A DNA stretch of 34,765 bases, taken from contig JBEIRG010000003.1 in NCBI GenBank assembly GCA_040376155.1, positions 1 to 34,765 on the forward strand, given 5' to 3'. Both the position numbers and the translations under genes were made by a program. The DNA is from Sphaerobacterales bacterium (GTDB lineage: Bacteria; Chloroflexota; Chloroflexia; Thermomicrobiales; UBA6265). The notes beneath the pieces are model-generated. The model was not told the origin of the DNA, made no database searches, and saw only the letters and a program-made list of their open reading frames with translations. Each line of letters opens with the position of its first letter. Position 1 is the first letter of the stretch. Shown here piece by piece: positions 18,775-28,446 of this stretch.

Positions 18775-18821
18775 TACCCCTGACGACGAGGGGTGTCCGA
18801 CACCCCTGATGCAAAGGGGTG
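18775..18821. promoter_or_regulatory. Two tandem ACCCCTGA-N5-AGGGGTG-type near-palindromes; candidate operator
   Basis: TACCCCTGACGACGAGGGGTGT and ACACCCCTGATGCAAAGGGGTG upstream of the MalT-like gene; the same motif occurs at 22057. Confidence 0.7.
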
Positions 18822-19048
18822 GCAGTTCACCGGGGTTTCCCCCATGATTCGGGTGGCCAGTACCCGAGATGCGCCGGGCGGATCATCTCGCGGGTGGTTG
18901 TCGGATTGGCCACAGGTCAGCCCGTGTGGCTGAGCTGGCATGGGTCCATACCTGGGTCGCACGCGGCGGCGAAACCGCGGCCGGATGGGTGGGTTACCTG
19001 GCGGAATGCTCGTGGTCGTTGCGCCGGTGATCGAAACAGGCGGGGGCC

Positions 19049-21742
19049 ATGCACCGGGAAGCTCGCAGAATCAAGCTGCTGCCGCCGCGCCGGCCGACCG
19101 GCGCCATCACCCGCGCCGACCTCGAGGAACGCCTCGAATGGGCGGCGGACCTCCCGCTGACGCTGGTGATCGCGCACGCGGGGTATGGCAAGACGACCCT
19201 GCTCTCCTTGTGGGCGCTGCGGACGCCGCGCCTCGTGGCGTGGCTGTCGCTGGATGCGCTCGACAGCGGGTTGCGGCCGTTCACCTCGAATCTGATCGCG
19301 GCGATCCGGCGGGTTGCGCCGGATGCCGCGCCGTCGATGGACGATCTCCTCGGGGGAACGCGGGAACTGACGCCGGATCTGATCGCGCAGGTGCTTGCGG
19401 ACGATCTCCTCGAATTGCCGGAAGAACTCGTGCTGGTGATCGACGACCTGCACACCGTCCTCGATGAGGAGATCGCGGCGTTGCTGGCCGCGCTGTTGCG
19501 CTATCCGTCCCCCACCCTGCGCCTTATCGTCAGTTCAAGGACCGAGCCCGCCGGGTTGCCGGTGGAGCGGTTGATTGCGCTCGGGCAGGCCCACATCATC
19601 ACCGAGGAGGATCTCCGCTTCACCCTCGAGGGGACCCGCGAGGCGCTGCCCGAAGGGTCGCCGCTGACCGCCGAGGAGGTGCTGGAGCGCACCGACGGCT
19701 GGGCCGCCGGGGTGCGCGCGCTCTCGCTGGCCCGGAGTTCCGACGCGCCGCTGCCGGAAAGCGTTCGCGCCTATCTCGCGGCCGATGTGCTCTATGGCCT
19801 GCCCACCGACATGGTCGCGCTGCTGCGGAGCGTCGCGGTCGCGGAGCGGGTGAGCCCGGCGCTCGCGGTGGCGATGACCGAGCGCGCGGTCACGCATGAG
19901 GAGGCGGCGCGGTTGCTCGCCATCGCGGAGCGGCGCGGGCTCTTCGTGACCCGGCTGGACGACGCGGGCAGCCAGTGGCGGGTGCACCCATTGCTCCGGG
20001 ATGTGCTGAAGGAGGAGATCGGGCGGGAGGGCGGCGCCGAGGCGATCCGGCGCAGTCACGAACTGGCCAGCCGGTGGATGGCGGAGAACGGCCTCATGGC
20101 GGAGGCCGTCGATCAGGCGCTGGCGGCGGAGCTGCCCGACCTGGCGGCGGAGCTGATCTCCACCCGCGTGATGGACTGGCTCGCGAGCGACTGGACCGGC
20201 TCGCTGGACTGGGTGGACCGGCTGCCGCTCTCGGCGCTCCGGTTGCGGCCGGAGTTGCAACTGGCGCGGGCGATCAGCCTGTTCACCCAGTCCAACCTGC
20301 CAGCCGCCCTCGCCCTATGCGACGAGATCGACCGGGAGCTGGTCCGGCGGAAGCCGGGCGCCGATCCGCTCTTCGACAATGCCATCCGGTGGGATGTCCT
20401 GCAGATCCGGGCGTCGATGGCGCACCAGGGCGCGCCGAACACGGTGACGCTCGACCAGTTGCGGGAGCTGATGGACGGCCCGCCCGGCGTGCGCCGGCAG
20501 ACCCGCGCCTACGGCGTGACCCAGTGGGCCATGCGGATGACGGTCAATGGCCGCTGGGCCGAGGCGCGCCCGGAGGTCGAGCGGATCGCCCGGGAAAGCC
20601 TCGCCGATGCCGACGATTTCGCCTTCCAGGTGTGCTGGTCGCTCGCGGGGTTGCAGCTCCGGGAACTCGATCTGGCGGCCTGCAACCAGTGGCTGACCCT
20701 GGCCGAGCGGATCTGCGAGAGCGGTCATCACGAACTCCGCAGCCACTGGATGGCGAACCTGCGGGCCACGTTCCTGTTCGAAACGGGTGATCCGGAGCGC
20801 GCGGTGGCGATCGCGCGGCGGACGATTCCCCTCTCGCCGGGCCAGTTCATCCTCCCCAAGAGCCAGATGGCCCTGATGGTGGCCCGAGTCCTGATGGACC
20901 AGCGGCGGTTCGAGGACGCGCGCGCGATGATCCTGGCGGACCGGAAGCGGCTCGAGGTTTCGGGCGCGCTGCACCTCCTCTGCCTGTCGGACGCGGCGGA
21001 GGCGGATCTGGCGCTGGCCGAAGGAAACCGGCGGGCCGCCTACCGCTGGGCGGACATGACGCCGGTGCGGTACCCGCCCGACGTGCTCTGGACGGGGGAA
21101 CACCCGATTCAGGTGCAGGCGCGCATCTGGCGTTCCCGGCGAGCGGCGGGCGACGTCGACCAGGCCATTGCCGCGCTTGCCGGATTGCGGGATCACACGA
21201 TCGCGACCGCTCACCTGCTCGGGCTGGCGAGGATGCTGCCGTTGCTGGCGGGGGCGCAGGCCGCCGCGGGAGACGCCGCGGCGGCGCGGGAGACGATGCG
21301 CGCGGCGCTCGAAATCGAGCCCGGGGCGATGACGCACCGGTTCGCGAAAGCCGGGCCGGATGCGGGCGAGGTGCTGGCGGAGATCGCCATGGACAGCCAG
21401 GACCCGCTTGCGTCGCGGGCCGCCCGGATGCTCGACATGATCGGCATCAGACGCGTGGCGGCCGTGCCGATCGAGGAGGACAATCCGCTGACCGCTCGCC
21501 AGATGAGCATCGTGGCGCTGATGGCGCAGTGGAAGACGGACAAGGAAATCGCAGCCGAACTGGACATCTCGCCGTATACGGTGACCGAGCACGTCCGGAA
21601 CATCATGCGGCGGCTGAGTGTGTCTGATCGCCGGTCGGCCGTCGCGGCGGTCATCGAAGCCGGATGGAACGTCGAGGGACACGCCCCCGGCGCGGGAGCG
21701 GGCGCCGGGTTCGGGATGGGGTCGGCGAGCGCCAAGCGCTGA
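19049..21742 (+). CDS. MalT-like (LAL) STAND ATPase transcriptional activator with C-terminal LuxR HTH
   Basis: KLLPP start, AHAGYGKTTLL, AWLSLD, LVIDDLH, TDGWAAG; LTARQMSIVALMAQWKTDKEIAAELDISPYTVTEHVRNIMRRL. Confidence 0.92.
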   Translation: MHREARRIKLLPPRRPTGAITRADLEERLEWAADLPLTLVIAHAGYGKTTLLSLWALRTPRLVAWLSLDALDSGLRPFTSNLIAAIRRVAPDAAPSMDDLLGGTRELTPDLIAQVLADDLLELPEELVLVIDDLHTVLDEEIAALLAALLRYPSPTLRLIVSSRTEPAGLPVERLIALGQAHIITEEDLRFTLEGTREALPEGSPLTAEEVLERTDGWAAGVRALSLARSSDAPLPESVRAYLAADVLYGLPTDMVALLRSVAVAERVSPALAVAMTERAVTHEEAARLLAIAERRGLFVTRLDDAGSQWRVHPLLRDVLKEEIGREGGAEAIRRSHELASRWMAENGLMAEAVDQALAAELPDLAAELISTRVMDWLASDWTGSLDWVDRLPLSALRLRPELQLARAISLFTQSNLPAALALCDEIDRELVRRKPGADPLFDNAIRWDVLQIRASMAHQGAPNTVTLDQLRELMDGPPGVRRQTRAYGVTQWAMRMTVNGRWAEARPEVERIARESLADADDFAFQVCWSLAGLQLRELDLAACNQWLTLAERICESGHHELRSHWMANLRATFLFETGDPERAVAIARRTIPLSPGQFILPKSQMALMVARVLMDQRRFEDARAMILADRKRLEVSGALHLLCLSDAAEADLALAEGNRRAAYRWADMTPVRYPPDVLWTGEHPIQVQARIWRSRRAAGDVDQAIAALAGLRDHTIATAHLLGLARMLPLLAGAQAAAGDAAAARETMRAALEIEPGAMTHRFAKAGPDAGEVLAEIAMDSQDPLASRAARMLDMIGIRRVAAVPIEEDNPLTARQMSIVALMAQWKTDKEIAAELDISPYTVTEHVRNIMRRLSVSDRRSAVAAVIEAGWNVEGHAPGAGAGAGFGMGSASAKR

Positions 21743-22056
21743 CCCGGCCGCGACCCCGGCGTACCCGCCGCGGCGCATCACCCGATCGGCGCGGCCGTAC
21801 CCCGATGGTCCTCCCTGCGGATGGCATCCTCGTAGCCCCGGGGCGTCGCGCCGCGTTGTCGCTGGCGACGCGGGAGCCGTGCAGGGAGCGGGGGGCTGTC
21901 CGCCTGTCACCCTGCCTCCGGGGAACGCGATCCGGCGCTCACGGTGGAGCGCATGGGGCGTGGGACCGATGGGTGAAACCCGCGGATTCACCGGCAACCA
22001 CGGGCGGGGAAGGGCGTGAATCCGGTGCCGGGGGGTCACCGTTCCCCTTTTCGGAC

Positions 22057-22079
22057 ACACCCCTGACGATCAGGGGTGT
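22057..22079. promoter_or_regulatory. Perfect palindrome ACACCCCTGA-cga-TCAGGGGTGT; candidate LuxR/MalT-like operator
   Basis: 10-bp arms, about 137 nt upstream of the 22216 start; matches the motif at 18775-18821. Confidence 0.75.
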
Positions 22080-22215
22080 CGGGCATACCAGATCGTGCGG
22101 GGTTCCCTCCAAACCGTCGAATCCGCATCCTTATAGCAGTCTGGCGCGTTGCCAGGCTCATCAGGATGCCCCATCCCGTGTTGGGGGGAGGTAGCGATGG
22201 ACGGAGGCGAAGTGG

Positions 22216-23955
22216 ATGGACGATCGGCGATTTGATGCGCTGACGCGCGTGCTTGGGGCGGTAACCGACCGCCGCGGAGGCGTGCGGGCCGCGATCGGGG
22301 CAGCCTTCGGGCTGGCCGCGGGCGGCTCCGCGCTGGCAAAGGAAAGCGGCAAGGGCAAGGACAAGGGCAACGGCAAGAGCGGCGTCCGCGCCGCGGGCGA
22401 AGTCCAGCCGCAGGGGCCCTGCAAGTCCACCCGCCGCAAGGACAACGTCTGCACCGCCGATGGCGAGTGCTGCAGCAAGTTCTGCGACAAGGGCAAGGGC
22501 AAGACCAACAAGGACAGCAAGGGCCGCTGTCGCTGCAAGAACCGCAACGATGAGTGCAACCTGGACATCAACTGCTGCAAGCGCGGCGGGCAGCAGATGT
22601 CCTGCAACAAGGGGCGCTGCAGCGAGCTGATCCCGACGACCATGCGCTGCAAGGTCGGCGGCTGGGCCTGCAAGGACAGCCTCGCGACCTGTACGAGCTA
22701 CATCGCGGGGGTTCCGTACGGGCTCTACTGCCTGTTCGGCGTGAACCAGCAGTGCACGAACGATGCCCAGTGCACGACCGGGTTCTGCTCGAACGGCATC
22801 TGCAAGTACCAGCTGACGGAGATCTGCGGCACCGCTGGCGCGAACACCTGCGGCGACCGCCGGGCGTCCTGCACGACGTACCGCTTCGGGTCTGACGTGT
22901 CTGCCCGCTGCCTGCTCCCCGAGGGGCAGTCGTGCGGCGCCAATGCCGAGTGCGTGACGAGCGCCTGCGTCGGCGGCTTCTGCGTCGAGGGCGTGCCCAC
23001 CAGCGTGAGCTGCCTCGGCGATCCGAAGGACTTTTGCGCCAACCCGGACGCGTACTGCAGCACCTACAACAACCTCATCAACGGCCAGGGCACCTACTGC
23101 CTGCTCGAAGACGGGTACGAATGCACCGAGGATGCCGAGTGCCTCAACGCGTACTGCGACGCCGGCACCTGCCAGACCTGCGGGCTCGGCCAGACCGGTG
23201 AGAGCTGCGATGTCGACAGCGACTGCTGCGACGGCTTCTGCAGCGTGATCGAGGGTTCGGGGCGCTGCATCGGCAAGAAGACGGTGTGGGCGCATCTGAC
23301 ATGGACCACGACGCCGCACCCCGATACGACGAAGGCCACATTCGACACCTGGATCTGGATGCCGCAGACGGTTCCGCAGGAATCCGCCGACAACAACCAG
23401 TATCCCGACTTTTACAACGGCGGCGATGTCGTGAGTTACATGGCGAACTGGTATCCGTGGGACACCATCGCTGATCCGAACACCGAAGTGCCGGATGTTT
23501 GGATTGACGTGGACGGCGTCTCTGCTCCGGGCAGCGAGCGTGCCATGTGGTTCTACCCGGTGCCAAAGGGAACCTACCGGTACGCGATCAAGAACTGGGG
23601 CTTGTGCCCGTCCGACAACGGTTCCACCACCACCTGCGGAATGACCGGATCAACCGACGACTGGAGCGGCATCGACGACAGTTATGCGCCGTTCAGCAAC
23701 CCGTCGTACGACACCCAGGTCATCTTCTACGAGTACAACAAGCAGATTCGCAAGTTCGTGCTCCCGTGGGGCGTGACCTCGAGCCACTACTACTGGTGGC
23801 AGGTGACCGACCTGACGTTCGATGAGAACGGCTGGTTCAAGGAATTCACCACGGCTTCAAGTTCGGTCAATGGGATCATCCGCGACTGTGCGCCGGCGCT
23901 CTACCCCGGCAACGTTGGCGGCGAGACCTCGAACATCTGCCCGTACACGAACTGA
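22216..23955 (+). CDS. Secreted Cys-rich protein: Tat-like leader, double knot module, three 8-Cys repeats, an extra knot, and a YfaP/DUF2135-like C-terminal domain
   Basis: MDDRRFDALTRVLGAVTDRRGGV leader after GGAGG; Cys module 22414-22620; C-terminal LTW...FDTWIWMP...IDVD...PGSE...GTYRYAIKNW recalls YfaP-like domains (tentative). Confidence 0.8.
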   Translation: MDDRRFDALTRVLGAVTDRRGGVRAAIGAAFGLAAGGSALAKESGKGKDKGNGKSGVRAAGEVQPQGPCKSTRRKDNVCTADGECCSKFCDKGKGKTNKDSKGRCRCKNRNDECNLDINCCKRGGQQMSCNKGRCSELIPTTMRCKVGGWACKDSLATCTSYIAGVPYGLYCLFGVNQQCTNDAQCTTGFCSNGICKYQLTEICGTAGANTCGDRRASCTTYRFGSDVSARCLLPEGQSCGANAECVTSACVGGFCVEGVPTSVSCLGDPKDFCANPDAYCSTYNNLINGQGTYCLLEDGYECTEDAECLNAYCDAGTCQTCGLGQTGESCDVDSDCCDGFCSVIEGSGRCIGKKTVWAHLTWTTTPHPDTTKATFDTWIWMPQTVPQESADNNQYPDFYNGGDVVSYMANWYPWDTIADPNTEVPDVWIDVDGVSAPGSERAMWFYPVPKGTYRYAIKNWGLCPSDNGSTTTCGMTGSTDDWSGIDDSYAPFSNPSYDTQVIFYEYNKQIRKFVLPWGVTSSHYYWWQVTDLTFDENGWFKEFTTASSSVNGIIRDCAPALYPGNVGGETSNICPYTN

Positions 23956-23964
23956 TCTGACCCT

Positions 23965-23991
23965 GCCGGGGCTGCTGCCAGCAGCCCCGGC
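23965..23991 (+). terminator. GC-rich hairpin after the stop (terminator or stabiliser)
   Basis: GCCGGGGCTGCT-gcc-AGCAGCCCCGGC; no U-tract. Confidence 0.5.
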
Positions 23992-24329
23992 GCCCCGGAC
24001 CAGTCCCGACCGCCCAGGCGGCCGGGGCTGGCCCGGACGGCTGCCCCCCGACCCGGGAGTCGAGAACGCGTCCTCGCGCACCCGGGCCTCGCCGACGTTC
24101 ACCCCCTGACGGCGGCGGGACCCGGATGCGCGATGTCGGTTCGCGTGGCGGATGTGGACAACGCATCGCAGTATCGCGGTGCGTGTACTCGTTGCCGCTC
24201 GGTGGGAGCCGGGTCGCGCTGGATGCCACCGGGGTTCTTCGGGGGAATGGCGTCCTGCGTTGTGGCGAGCGGGTGTTGTCGCTTGCCGGGGTCGTTGCCA
24301 TTGTCGCCGGATGGTGACAGGGAGAAAAC

Positions 24330-27041
24330 ATGGACAAGGAGTGGCTTGGTCGCATTGCGCCTGCGTTCGCCTCGGCGATGGATCGCAGGCAGGGGGTACG
24401 GGCGTCGGTCGCGGGGGTGGCGGCGGCGCTCGCCGCGTTCAGCGCCGGGGCCGAGAAGGGCGGCAACCGCGACAACCGCGCCGAGCGGCGCAAGGACCGC
24501 CGCGTCGAGGATCGCCGCGACCGCCAGCGCGAGCGCCAGGCGGAGGATCATGACGCCGCCAATCCCGCCACCCCGGATGGGCCGGGTGGCGACGGGTCGG
24601 GAGCGACCGGAGCAGCGGATCGCGCCGCCACCCGGGGGAACCCGGGAGCGGCAGGGCCCTGCGGCGATGGGTCGGTGCAGCAGAACCGCTGCACGAAGAA
24701 CAGCGACTGCTGCACCGACATCTGCGAACGGGACCTCACCAACAAGGACAAGCTTGGCCGCTGCCGGTGCAAGCGGGTCAACGACAGTTGCGTGTCGAAC
24801 GCGAACTGCTGCGCCGGATCCTCCTGCAAGCAGGGCGTGTGCCGCAACAACGGCACGCCCTCCGGCCCGAGCGGCGCCGGGGGAACCGGCCCGACCGGAC
24901 CAGTGGGAGCGCCGTCCATCATCCGTGGCAGCGTGGCGAACCCGGGACAGCTTCCCGCGAGCGGGAGCGCGGGCGACGGGTGGATCGACCAGTCGACCGG
25001 GGATCTCTACACCTGGGACCCGGCGACGGCGCAGTGGGTCAACGTGGGCAGGATCGCCGGGGTGACAGGCCCGACTGGCGGCGGCCCGACCGGGGCCGCG
25101 GGCGCGCCGATGGTGATCCAGGGAAGCGTGGCCAACCCGGGCGCGCTGCCGGGGAGCGGGAATCCGGGCGACGGGTACATCGACGAAAGCTCGGGCGACA
25201 TCTACACGTGGGACCCGGTAGGGGCGACGTGGGCGGATGGCGGCCGGATCGTGGGCGATACCGGGCCGACGGGGATGACGGGTCCGGTTGGCGCACCGGT
25301 GGTGATCCAGGGAAGCGTGGCCAACCCGGCGGCGCTGCCGGGGAGCGGGAATCCGGGCGACGGGTACATCGACGAGAGCTCGGGCGACATCTACACGTGG
25401 GACCCGGTGGGAACCACGTGGACGGATGGCGGCCGGATCGTGGGCGATACCGGGCCGACGGGGATGACGGGTCCGGTTGGCACCGGTCCCACCGGGACAA
25501 CCGGCGCCACGGGACCATTCGGGACTGGTCCGACCGGCGCGACCGGGCCGACCGGCAGAACGGGGCCGACCGGGGCAGCCCCGGGGCCGACGCTGCCGAC
25601 GGGCGCCATCCAGTACAACCGTGACGGGTCGTTCTACGGGGAACTGCCGCTCCGCTGGTTCCACCAGGGCGAGGCCTACCGGCTGTGGGTGAGCAACTCC
25701 GACGGGCCGACGGGGGCGGCAGTGGTGGGTCTGCAGGCGGCGACCGGGCAGACGGGGCCGTTCATCCGGATGGAGAATTCCGGTTCGGCGGAGTTGATGA
25801 GGATTCACGCGCCGGATAGCTCTTCAGTCCACATCGGAAAAGAGACCGGCAGATACAACACGGGGACCGAATCGGTCGCGGTGGGGCGAAACGCGCTGGA
25901 AAACGCGACCTCCTGGTACAACACGGCAATCGGCGCTGGCGCGATGCGGACGAGCACCAACGGGTCCGGCACGGCGATCGGGTACAACGCCCTGACATCG
26001 CTGACGAGTGGGAAAGCCACTGCAGTTGGGACCAACGCAGCCCAGTCTCTCACGACGGGCGATCGCACCGTGGCGGTTGGCAACGACGCCCTGTCCAGTA
26101 TGACGACCGGTCGAATGAACACGGCCATCGGCGACTCGGCGTTGTACGCCGGCACCACAGGATGGGAATCGGTCGCGATCGGATACCAGGCACTGGCGGC
26201 CGTGACGACCGCCGGCAGCAACACGGCGGTGGGATCGAAATCCCAGGCTGTCTCCACCGGACAAAGCAATACCTCTCTCGGCTATCACTCGCTGTTTTCC
26301 TTGACCACTGGCGAAAACAACACCGCGGTGGGAACCGGGAGCATGGATTCCGCGACGAGCGGGTCCGGCAACACGGCCCTCGGGCAGGGTTCGCTCTACG
26401 CCACGTCAGGCAGCAATAACGTCGCCATCGGGAAGGGCACCGGAAGCCTCATCACCACTGGGTCCGCCAACGTGGTCATCGGGTACGACTCGGAGCCGGC
26501 TTCTGCCACCGACAGCAACCAGTTGTGCATCGCCAACTTCATCTACGGAACGGGACTCAGCACGACGCAAGGCGATGTCGCCAACGCCAAGATCGGCTTT
26601 GGCGTGAAAGCCCCGGCGGAGACCCTGCATGTCGGAAGCGAAGGCGGCGGCAACGCGACGGTCCGCATCAATTCGCTGGCGGGGACGGGCAACCGCGCGG
26701 TCTACTCCGACGCCAACGGCACGCTGACGAACACGTCGTCCGACGCGACGCTGAAGACCGATGTCGCGCCGATCGCGGCGGGGTTGGCGGCGGTGACGGC
26801 GCTGAACCCGGTGAGCTTTGCGTGGAAGGACACGGCGCGGTTCGGGCCGCAGCGGGAAATCGGCCTGCTGGCGCAGGAGGTGAACGCGGTCGTGCCGGAG
26901 GTTATCGGGGTCAACGCCGACGGCACGCTGTCGGTGGACTACCCGAAGCTGATCGCCCCGGTGATCCGGGCGATCCAGGAGCAGCAGGCGCAGATTGCGC
27001 TGCTGGTCGAGCGGGTGCGGCAGCTGGAGAGCGGCCAGTAA
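24330..27041 (+). CDS. Secreted fibre protein: leader, double knot, collagen-like G-P-T repeats, YadA-head-like beta-roll repeats, peptidase S74 intramolecular chaperone and coiled coil
   Basis: [23 protein letters not shown] leader; Cys module 24654-24842; GPTGxT triplets; NTA(I/V)GxxAL repeats; [10 protein letters not shown]...LNPVSFAWK...IGLLAQEV...[21 protein letters not shown]. Confidence 0.88.
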   Translation: MDKEWLGRIAPAFASAMDRRQGVRASVAGVAAALAAFSAGAEKGGNRDNRAERRKDRRVEDRRDRQRERQAEDHDAANPATPDGPGGDGSGATGAADRAATRGNPGAAGPCGDGSVQQNRCTKNSDCCTDICERDLTNKDKLGRCRCKRVNDSCVSNANCCAGSSCKQGVCRNNGTPSGPSGAGGTGPTGPVGAPSIIRGSVANPGQLPASGSAGDGWIDQSTGDLYTWDPATAQWVNVGRIAGVTGPTGGGPTGAAGAPMVIQGSVANPGALPGSGNPGDGYIDESSGDIYTWDPVGATWADGGRIVGDTGPTGMTGPVGAPVVIQGSVANPAALPGSGNPGDGYIDESSGDIYTWDPVGTTWTDGGRIVGDTGPTGMTGPVGTGPTGTTGATGPFGTGPTGATGPTGRTGPTGAAPGPTLPTGAIQYNRDGSFYGELPLRWFHQGEAYRLWVSNSDGPTGAAVVGLQAATGQTGPFIRMENSGSAELMRIHAPDSSSVHIGKETGRYNTGTESVAVGRNALENATSWYNTAIGAGAMRTSTNGSGTAIGYNALTSLTSGKATAVGTNAAQSLTTGDRTVAVGNDALSSMTTGRMNTAIGDSALYAGTTGWESVAIGYQALAAVTTAGSNTAVGSKSQAVSTGQSNTSLGYHSLFSLTTGENNTAVGTGSMDSATSGSGNTALGQGSLYATSGSNNVAIGKGTGSLITTGSANVVIGYDSEPASATDSNQLCIANFIYGTGLSTTQGDVANAKIGFGVKAPAETLHVGSEGGGNATVRINSLAGTGNRAVYSDANGTLTNTSSDATLKTDVAPIAAGLAAVTALNPVSFAWKDTARFGPQREIGLLAQEVNAVVPEVIGVNADGTLSVDYPKLIAPVIRAIQEQQAQIALLVERVRQLESGQ
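24905..25484 (+). repeat. Three intragenic ~63-aa repeats (189-bp period for the near-identical pair)
   Basis: GGTGATCCAGGGAAGCGTGGCCAACCCGG at 25112 and 25301, with a more diverged copy near 24917; unit [33 protein letters not shown]. Confidence 0.92.
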
Positions 27042-27236
27042 CCAACCGCGCGAGCGGAGGAAACGGCCCGGAGCGCCCGGTTGGCGATGGATTCGCCATC
27101 CGGGCGCTCCGTCTCACGTGCGGGGGCGGCGCCCGGGCTGAAGCCGCGGGGGTGAGGCGCGACGCGTACCCAGGGATCGCGGGGTAGGATGACCGGGTCT
27201 GCGGCGTGCCGTGGGCGCTCGCGGAGGATACCGGTC

Positions 27237-27728
27237 GTGGACGACGAGCGCGCCATCCCGATCAGAGCGGCCGGAGCGGCAGACTGGCCCAGGCTGTGCG
27301 CCATTTACGAGGCGGCGCGGCAGGAGGAGGGTGGCGGCCCGGTCGCGCCCGATCCGGTCCTGATTCCCAAGGACGCGGCGGAGGCCGATGGGCTGCTCGA
27401 CGGGAGCGTGCTGGTGGCCGAACTTGGCGGCGAGGTGGCCGGGTTCGTTGCCGTGGATGGCGACGAGATCACCTGGCTCTACGTCGATCCCGCCGTTCAC
27501 CGGCGAGGGGTGGGGCGGGCGTTGCTGCGCCGGGCCGTCCCGCTGTGCGGCCCGGCCGCGTGGGTCGAGGCGCTTGCCGGGAACGAGGCGGCGATCGGGC
27601 TGTATGAATCCGAGGGTTTCCGGGCCGTCGAAACCACGTCCGGCCCGGTTCCGGCCTGCCGGATGCGGCGGATGGCGGAGTCGTTCGCGCAGCCCCCGGC
27701 CGCCTCCCAGCGGGCGCCTGGCCCGTAG
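27237..27728 (+). CDS. GNAT-family N-acetyltransferase
   Basis: LYVDPAVHRRGVGRALL (acetyl-CoA motif A) and NEAAIGLYESEGF; GTG start after GGAGG. Confidence 0.9.
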   Translation: MDDERAIPIRAAGAADWPRLCAIYEAARQEEGGGPVAPDPVLIPKDAAEADGLLDGSVLVAELGGEVAGFVAVDGDEITWLYVDPAVHRRGVGRALLRRAVPLCGPAAWVEALAGNEAAIGLYESEGFRAVETTSGPVPACRMRRMAESFAQPPAASQRAPGP

Positions 27729-27766
27729 CCGCAGGAGACGGGGCATTGGCCTTGCCGTCGCGCCCT

Positions 27767-27799
27767 CGACGTCATCCCGAGGAACGGGGGATGACGTCG
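27767..27799. repeat. Short REP-like hairpin between convergent genes
   Basis: CGACGTCATCCC-N9-GGGATGACGTCG; shares CGTCATCCCGA...GGGATGACG ends with the 7590 element. Confidence 0.7.
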
Positions 27800-27831
27800 G
27801 GGCGGGATGTCCAGCGCGGGAATGCGCGGCG

Positions 27832-28371
27832 TCAGGCGAAGAGCGCGCCGAGATCCAGCGAGAAGCCGGGGAGGACGTCGCCGCCGTCGAGGGTGTCGGC
27901 GGCGGTCAGCCATCGCGTCGCGCCACCGTGCGCGTATTCGGCGACGGTGTTCCTCGCCGGGTCGACAATCCAGATCAGCCGGACGCCAGCATCGAGGTAG
28001 ATGCGGATCTTTTCCTGCATGTCGCTGGCGCTGTTCGACGGCGAGAGCACTTCGACAGCGAGGTCGGGGGCCAGCGAGAGGTAGCCCGGTGTGCCTTCAG
28101 CAGGCGCCTGGTCCGCCTGAATGAAATGGATGTCAGGGGCGAGCACGGTATCGGGATTACGCATCAGGATGAATCCAAGTTCGCCGCCGACGACCCCCGC
28201 GTGCTCGGCCGCCGCCCAGTTGCCAAGGGCAAGCACCAGGCGATGGGTCAGGCGAGAATGGATGTATCCGGTAGGAGACATTGGCTGCAATGCTCCCCTG
28301 ACGAGTTCGCCCTGCTCGGATTCGGGCAGCAGGAACAGTTCTTCAGCGGTGAGGAGTTGGGTGGCGACCAT
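27832..28371 (-). CDS. Uma2 (DUF820) family PD-(D/E)xK endonuclease
   Basis: ELVRG, LAPDIHFI, APDLAVEVLSPSN, KIRIYLDAGVRLIWIVDP, VLPGFSL; GGGAGG RBS. Confidence 0.92.
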   Translation of the reverse strand: MVATQLLTAEELFLLPESEQGELVRGALQPMSPTGYIHSRLTHRLVLALGNWAAAEHAGVVGGELGFILMRNPDTVLAPDIHFIQADQAPAEGTPGYLSLAPDLAVEVLSPSNSASDMQEKIRIYLDAGVRLIWIVDPARNTVAEYAHGGATRWLTAADTLDGGDVLPGFSLDLGALFA

Positions 28372-28446
28372 GAGCATCCTCCCGGCGGCGACCATCGGCA
28401 AGCTCACCTGAATCATACGCCACCTCGGGATGGCGGCGGCCCCGGC

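Noticed and set aside
18606-19048. Riboswitch or structured RNA upstream of the MalT-like gene (also 21743-22215 and 31024-31234)
   Set aside because: No known aptamer consensus recognised by eye; the visible signals fit DNA operators better. An Rfam scan would be needed to exclude it.
22216-23270. Multiheme cytochrome or RiPP (ranthipeptide/lanthipeptide) precursor
   Set aside because: No CxxCH motifs, and no radical-SAM, Lan or YcaO enzymes in the window; the Cys modules are fused to large domains.
25112-25484. 189-bp repeats as mobile-element terminal repeats
   Set aside because: They are in-frame coding repeats inside one ORF, with no transposase or target-site duplication.
24330-27041. 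Prophage remnant
   Set aside because: No integrase, terminase, capsid or other tail genes; the gene carries the host-type leader and knot module.
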